DNA of 64,000 nt from Gemmatimonadota bacterium (lineage in GTDB: Bacteria; Gemmatimonadota; Gemmatimonadetes; Palauibacterales; Palauibacteraceae), in the NCBI GenBank assembly GCA_046758745.1, contig JBHIAV010000002.1:49441-113440 (forward strand). The letters are read 5' to 3'. This document shows positions 58,999 through 64,000 of the stretch, in pieces. Both the position numbers and the translations under genes were made by a program. How positions within the stretch are numbered: position 1 is the first letter of the stretch; each line of letters opens with the position of its first letter. The notes under the pieces were generated by a model, which did not search any database, was not told the origin of the DNA, and worked only from the letters and a program-made list of their open reading frames with translations.

Positions 58999-59405
58999 CG
59001 GGGCAGGTCCCCCTCTCCCACGGCGCAGGACGCCTCGGTTCGGGTGATCCTGGACATGAAGCGCCGGTGGTCCGCCACCCACCGGTAGGTGGCTCGAGCG
59101 ATCGGTCTCACCAGGGGGAAGCGGAGCAGCCAGCCGAAGGGGACCCCGCCCGGGAGGAGCGGAAGCAGCCACGCCGCTGCGTCGGCCCCGTCCCACCGCC
59201 TGCCGTCCGGGGCCACCAGGTACATCGCCCGCTCCGCGGCCTCCCGCGACACGCCGGTCTCGGCCAGCCTTCGCTCATCTTGCAGCGGGAAGCTCTCCAC
59301 CCGTCCGTGCCGGTCCCAACGGTGCACCTTCTCCACCACGGCGCGGCAGAAGCCACAGTCACCGTCGAAGATCAGCAAATACGGATCACCTTTCGTCACG
59401 CCCAT
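58995..59405 (-). CDS. DCC/DUF393 thiol-disulfide oxidoreductase family protein
   Basis: FDGDCGFC, YRWVADHR. Confidence 0.88.
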   Translation of the reverse strand: MGVTKGDPYLLIFDGDCGFCRAVVEKVHRWDRHGRVESFPLQDERRLAETGVSREAAERAMYLVAPDGRRWDGADAAAWLLPLLPGGVPFGWLLRFPLVRPIARATYRWVADHRRFMSRITRTEASCAVGEGDLPR

Positions 59406-59680
59406 CACCCACAAGATACGTGACCGTCGAACCCCGGCGAGGGCGGACCGTTCCGCAAAGTTGTTCGGCTCCCTCCGCCGACCTCCGCCGCCAACGCATT
59501 ATCGGCGCGACAGTTGTCTCACGGCACGACTCTGGCAAAAGGAGTCGGGCCGCCACCGCGCCGCGCGGGTCGTCGTCCGCTGCCGCATCCCGGGACGACC
59601 CGTCGGGGACGGCGGTCGGCGGGCACATTCAGGGCCAGCGTGCCAAGGAACTGATACACCGCGACCTCGGAGATGAGAGA

Positions 59681-60106
59681 ATGCTGAAGACCGCCACAGC
59701 GATCCTCGTCGTGAGCCTCGCTCTGGTGGGCTGCTCCCGCAGCGCGGGCGTGGTGAGCTCACCCCCCGGAGCGAGTCCGGTCATCACGGCGAGCGGCACA
59801 GCCGTCGAGACCTCGTCGGAAAAGCGGAGCACGGCCGCCACCCTCGGGATTCCGCCCGGGCACCTGCCGCCGCCGGGGCAGTGCCGCATCTGGCATCCGG
59901 GCCGTCCGCCTGGGCATCAGGGCCCGAGCGGCTCGTGCGCCGACCTCGAGCGGCGCGTCCCCCGCGGGTCCTGGCTCGTGTATCGGCCCTCGAAGGACAG
60001 GAAGCACGTGAAGGTGTGGGCCTACGACACGGAGAGCCCGAGGGTCATGTGGGTCCGCTGGTTCGATGCGGTGACGGGTGCCTTCGTCCGCGAGGATGGG
60101 TCGTAG
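59681..60106 (+). CDS. Hypothetical lipoprotein with 'IPPGHLPPPGQCRIW..GRPPGHQ' motif
   Basis: LVGC lipobox and a Pro/Gly/His/Cys motif. Confidence 0.75.
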   Translation: MLKTATAILVVSLALVGCSRSAGVVSSPPGASPVITASGTAVETSSEKRSTAATLGIPPGHLPPPGQCRIWHPGRPPGHQGPSGSCADLERRVPRGSWLVYRPSKDRKHVKVWAYDTESPRVMWVRWFDAVTGAFVREDGS

Positions 60107-60409
60107 CGCTCCTGGCGGCCGCCCCGCCATGCCACTCCTCGGCGGTAGGCCGCGCGGAGATCCAGACGAAGGCGCGTTCCGACCCGCCACCCTGCGGCCC
60201 CGCCGGGTGTGGATCGCCCCACGCCTTCGCCGTGTCGTGCCGTCATGTGGTGCGGCGGGGTGCCCCGGATCCCTCGCGGCGCTGCGCCCGGGGCCGCGTC
60301 GTGACCGGTTCCTGTCGAGCAGGAGGCAGCCCCGCCACACGCTCTTCGCTTCACTGCCGGCAGAATAGGCGGGCGCCTCAACAAGGTCTCAACAGCCGAG
60401 GGGGAAAGG

Positions 60410-60541
60410 TGCCCGATTGGCGGTAGATGCCCGATTGGGGGGAAGAGTGCCCGATCGGGGAAGGGTGCCCGATGGGGGCGGAGCGCCCAAGGACGGCAAG
60501 GTGGCCCGGACGGTGCCCGATGGGGGGAAGCCTGCCCAATG
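60410..60541 (+). repeat. Degenerate intergenic direct repeats (TGCCCGATNGG)
   Basis: Cores at 60410, 60428, 60448, 60466 and 60514, with weaker copies at 60484 and 60533. Confidence 0.6.
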
Positions 60542-60656
60542 ACGGGACGGCAACCGCGAGGGGTGCAGCTGTCGCTGCAGGGCGCGCGTCAGGCGCCTTC
60601 CGCGATCCGCTCGCCTGCCTGGATCGATCTTCGCGGCCGCTGTCTCCCGCCGGAGA

Positions 60657-60968
60657 TCAGAAGCCCATCGCCGCTCGCACCTTCGGGTCGATGCGATCCG
60701 GCGTCCAGAAGGGCTTCCACACGAGGTTGACGCGGGCGCTCTCCACCCCCTCGACCGACTCGGCAGCCTGCTGGGCTCCGGAGAGGATCTGCCCACCGGC
60801 CGGGCACCCCGGACTCGTGAGGGTCATGGTGACCGTCACGTCGGCGTCCTCGACCTCGATGTCATACACGAGCCCGAGGTCCACGATGTTCAAGCCCAGC
60901 TCGGGGTCCTTGACCTTGCGCAGCTCCTGCCGCACGCATTCCTGGATATCGGCGTTCTCGGCGCTCAT
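60657..60968 (-). CDS. DUF59/SufT-PaaD metal-sulfur cluster assembly factor
   Basis: DPELGLNIVDLGLVY, MTLTSPGCP, PFW. Confidence 0.92.
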   Translation of the reverse strand: MSAENADIQECVRQELRKVKDPELGLNIVDLGLVYDIEVEDADVTVTMTLTSPGCPAGGQILSGAQQAAESVEGVESARVNLVWKPFWTPDRIDPKVRAAMGF

Positions 60969-61001
60969 GCTTTCTCCGCTCTCCGCTCTCTCCACTCGAG
61001 T

Positions 61002-62237
61002 TCAACCGGCGACCGCGTCCAGCGCGATCTCGGGATTCACCAGCTCGTCGACGATCTCATCGATCTGTGGGCGCTTTCGCACCAGGGCCTGGCAGGCGTC
61101 CATCTCCCCTACCGCGTTGATCAGCACGGCGCCGACGATGCGGCCATCCGCGGCACAGAACGCAACGCTCGGGCCTTCGCCGAGCGTCCCGCGCACCACG
61201 ACCCGGTCCGCTCCGGCCGGCCGGCCGTACATGTTCAACTTGAGGTCGAAGACGGTCGAGAAGAAGTACGAGAGGTAGTCGTAAGCGATCCGGGCGCCCG
61301 TCATGTTGCGTCCGACCCGCCGGCCGTGGGCGCGAGCGTGGTCCCAGTGCTCGACCCGTGCCGTCCCACCAAAGATCGGGTCGGGATACCGCGCCACATC
61401 GCCGGCCGCATAGATGTGCGCGTGAGTGGTCTCCCCGTATGCGTCCACCACGATGCCGTCACGCGCGGCCAGACCGGCGTCCGCCGCGAGCTCATCGTTG
61501 GCGATCATCCCGACGCCGATGACCGCCATCTGACAGGGGATCTCGCTCCCGTCGTCCAGAACGACGGCCTCCAGCCGCCCATCGCCGCGGAAGGCGCGAA
61601 GCCGCGAGCCGAGCCGGAACTGCACACTCTGCTCCTCGAACTGCTCCTGCACGAAGGAGGAGAGCTCCGGGGGAAGCAGCATCGGCCACACCCGATCCTC
61701 CGCCTCCACCACGATCGACTGCACGCCGTAATGGGCGAGCGAAGCGGAAACCTCCATGCCGATGAAGCCGGCACCGATGAGCACCGCCCGTCCCGCCTCA
61801 CGCGCCGCCGCCCGTAGAGCCTCCGAGTCCGCCACAGTGCGCAGGGTGTACACGCCGGGCAGTCCGACGCCCGGTACCTCGAGGCTGCGCGCCCGCCCCC
61901 CGGTCGCGAGGAGGATGCGTTCCCCCCGATAGACGTTGCCCCGGGCGGAGGTGACCTTCATCTCCTTCGGATCGAGGGCGAGGATGCGTTGATTCGTCTC
62001 GAGGGTGACGCGCGCCTGGCTCTCAAACCACTCCTCCGGCTTCACGTGCAGCAGCTCGCGGCCGGCGTCGGGACTCTGGAGGTATTCCTTCGAGAGGGGC
62101 GGCCGGTGGTAGGGTGGCACCCCTTCCTCGGTGAGAAGCAATATGCTCCCCTCGAGGTCGTGGTCGCGGATGCCCTCCACGGCCGAGGCCGCCGCCAGTC
62201 CGCCGCCGACGATCAGGTAATCGTAGCGCTGCGTCAT
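61002..62237 (-). CDS. FAD/NAD(P)-dependent oxidoreductase (ferredoxin-reductase-like)
   Basis: GGGLAA, PYHRPPLSK, GAGFIGME, YAAGDVA, RVEHW. Confidence 0.9.
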   Translation of the reverse strand: MTQRYDYLIVGGGLAAASAVEGIRDHDLEGSILLLTEEGVPPYHRPPLSKEYLQSPDAGRELLHVKPEEWFESQARVTLETNQRILALDPKEMKVTSARGNVYRGERILLATGGRARSLEVPGVGLPGVYTLRTVADSEALRAAAREAGRAVLIGAGFIGMEVSASLAHYGVQSIVVEAEDRVWPMLLPPELSSFVQEQFEEQSVQFRLGSRLRAFRGDGRLEAVVLDDGSEIPCQMAVIGVGMIANDELAADAGLAARDGIVVDAYGETTHAHIYAAGDVARYPDPIFGGTARVEHWDHARAHGRRVGRNMTGARIAYDYLSYFFSTVFDLKLNMYGRPAGADRVVVRGTLGEGPSVAFCAADGRIVGAVLINAVGEMDACQALVRKRPQIDEIVDELVNPEIALDAVAG

Positions 62238-62288
62238 CTGCCGCTCCCCGATCCGGAGTCCGTCCGCCCGTCCAGCTATCGGTACAGT

Positions 62289-63002
62289 CTACGGGCTCAC
62301 TGGTCTGATCTCTAGGTCGCTCACCGTCCCCCGGTCGGAGAGCCGGATGGCCGACACAACCAGGTCGGCGACATCCTCGGCGCGAAGCATCTTCATCGGG
62401 TCGGAAGCCAGGTGCTCCTGTTTTCGAAAGAACGGCGTGTCCACAGAGCCGGGGCAGACAGTGATCACGCGCACGTTGTGGGGGCGCAGGTCCAGCATCA
62501 TGCACTTCGAGATTCCCACGGCCGCGTGCTTGGAGCCGGCGTACACGCTGCCGCCGGCGAACGGGACCTTCCCCGCGATCGATGCGATGTTCACGATCAC
62601 GCCGTCGCGCTGCCGCACCATCTCCGGGACGAAAGCGAGCGAGCAGAGGAAAAGGCCGCGCGCGTTGACCCCGAACGCGCGATCGAAGTCGCCCGGAGTC
62701 AGCTCCGGGAGAGGGCCGAAGGCTCCCACCCCCGCGTTGTTCACCAGCACGTCGGCCGGGCCAAGAAGCTCTCCCACTCGCTCCGCGAAGCGGGTCACGT
62801 CCTCCTCACGGGACACATCGGCGGGGACGGCCAGCACCTCGTGTCCCTCCTCGCGCAGCGCATCGGCTGCCGCCTGGAGATCGCTCTCCGTGCGGGCGCA
62901 GATCGCGACCCGGCAGCCGGAGGCCGCCAACCGTCGGGCGATGGCGAAGCCGATCCCCGTGCTCCCTCCGGTAACGACGGCGATCCGTCCCTCGAGGTTC
63001 AT
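62289..63002 (-). CDS. SDR family oxidoreductase
   Basis: TGGSTGIG, NNAG, YAGSK. Confidence 0.93.
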   Translation of the reverse strand: MNLEGRIAVVTGGSTGIGFAIARRLAASGCRVAICARTESDLQAAADALREEGHEVLAVPADVSREEDVTRFAERVGELLGPADVLVNNAGVGAFGPLPELTPGDFDRAFGVNARGLFLCSLAFVPEMVRQRDGVIVNIASIAGKVPFAGGSVYAGSKHAAVGISKCMMLDLRPHNVRVITVCPGSVDTPFFRKQEHLASDPMKMLRAEDVADLVVSAIRLSDRGTVSDLEIRPVSP

Positions 63003-64000
63003 CGGCCATTCCGCATGGACTCGGCCGCCGGAGCGTCGGGCAGCCGGCCCGCACCGCCGCTTCGCGCTTCGGCGCGTGCCGGGCGGCCGCCCTCCTCCGC
63101 TACACGACCGCTCGCGGGCGTGAGGGCGAGGTCGAGGAGCTCCACGGGATGGAGTACGGGCACGGCGATCTCCGCGTCCCGCAGGCCCGCGCCGATCTGC
63201 ATGAGACAGCCGGGATTACCGGTCACCACCCAATCGTACGCCCCGGCGCGCACGTCGTCGATCTTGGGCTCCAGAACACGGGTGGCGAGATCCGGCTGGA
63301 GCAGGTTGTACACGCCGGCTCCGCCGCAGCATCGGTCGTGGGACGGGAGCTTCGCCACGTCGAGGCCGTCGATGCGTCGGAGCATCTCGAGCGGCTCCCT
63401 CCGGACCTGCTACCCGTGCAGGAGATGACACGACGCATCGTATCCCGCCCGCCCGCGCAGCCGACCCCGCACGGGTCGAGGAGGGGCGGCGAGCAGCTCG
63501 CTCACATCCCGCACGCGAGCCGCGAGGCGCTGCGTCCGTTGCTCAAGGCCGGGGACGCCCTTGAGCCATCGCGGGTACTCGCGCAGCGCCGCCCCGCACC
63601 CGGCCGAGTTCACGGCGATCCAACGAGCGCCGCTCCGATCGAACGCGTCGACGTTGGCGCGCGCCAGCGCTCTCGCTCCGGCGGCATCTCCGGCGTGTGC
63701 ATGCAGGGCCCCGCAGCACCTCTGGCCCGGGGCGGCCGCCTCCACGTAGCCGGAGGCGCGAAGCGCCCGCCGGGTGGCGGCGTGAACGTGGCCGAAGAGC
63801 CCGCGCATCACGCATCCCTCGAGCAGCGCGAAGCTCGGAGCGGAGCGGTCGTCGTGTGGCGGAGCCCGGGCTCCGGACGACACCGGCATCGGCGCGCTGG
63901 CGAGCAGCATCCTGGCCGCCAGGCCGGCCCTTCCGCGAAGCCGGGCCGCTCCCCGAACGAGCGCCGTGCCGCGAAGGACGCGGGCCGCCGCAAAGAGCAC
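62999..64000 (-). pseudogene. glcF: GlcF-like CCG-domain Fe-S protein interrupted by an in-frame TAG (5' end outside the window)
   Basis: CCGALHAHAG, NSAGCG, YDASCHLLHG*QVRREPL, CCGGAGVYN, GNPGCLMQI. The two ORF-track pieces are in one frame, separated by TAG at 63410-63412. Confidence 0.75.

Overview
GC-rich bacterial chromosomal window; gene content and style suggest Gemmatimonadota (inference, not verified). Most of it is housekeeping, envelope and peptide-catabolism genes: M20, M49, M14, M50 and zincin peptidases, tdk, tupABC, trpE, ubiE/menG, carB, tnaA, dinB, glyQS, nth, queG, and a multicopper oxidase plus ZIP transporter behind a DtxR-type operator. I found no rRNA, tRNA, CRISPR array or mobile element. 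The standout is a candidate peptide-controlled c-di-GMP signalling locus at about 2.7-10.2 kb. On the minus strand it runs: an Fe-S/degenerate [FeFe]-hydrogenase-like GGDEF cyclase, a conserved hypothetical protein, a 31-aa ORF missing from the ORF track (MLLISTNWLARLF-GGTVRW-GGTVRW-GGTVRW, perfect Shine-Dalgarno, double-glycine-like leader, only synonymous changes between repeats), and a multi-TM HD-GYP phosphodiesterase. These converge on a BTAD/AAA/TPR regulator. The peptide, the HD-GYP gene and the TPR half of the regulator share a visibly lower-GC patch. Other notable items: a lipoprotein with 12 NPC repeats upstream of a pentaheme cytochrome c, with a promoter-terminator leader; a hidden CTG-start MetS-like transporter subunit after tnaA; an M3-like pseudopeptidase; and an in-frame TAG in a GlcF-like gene. 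All family calls come from recognising motifs by eye; no searches were run.
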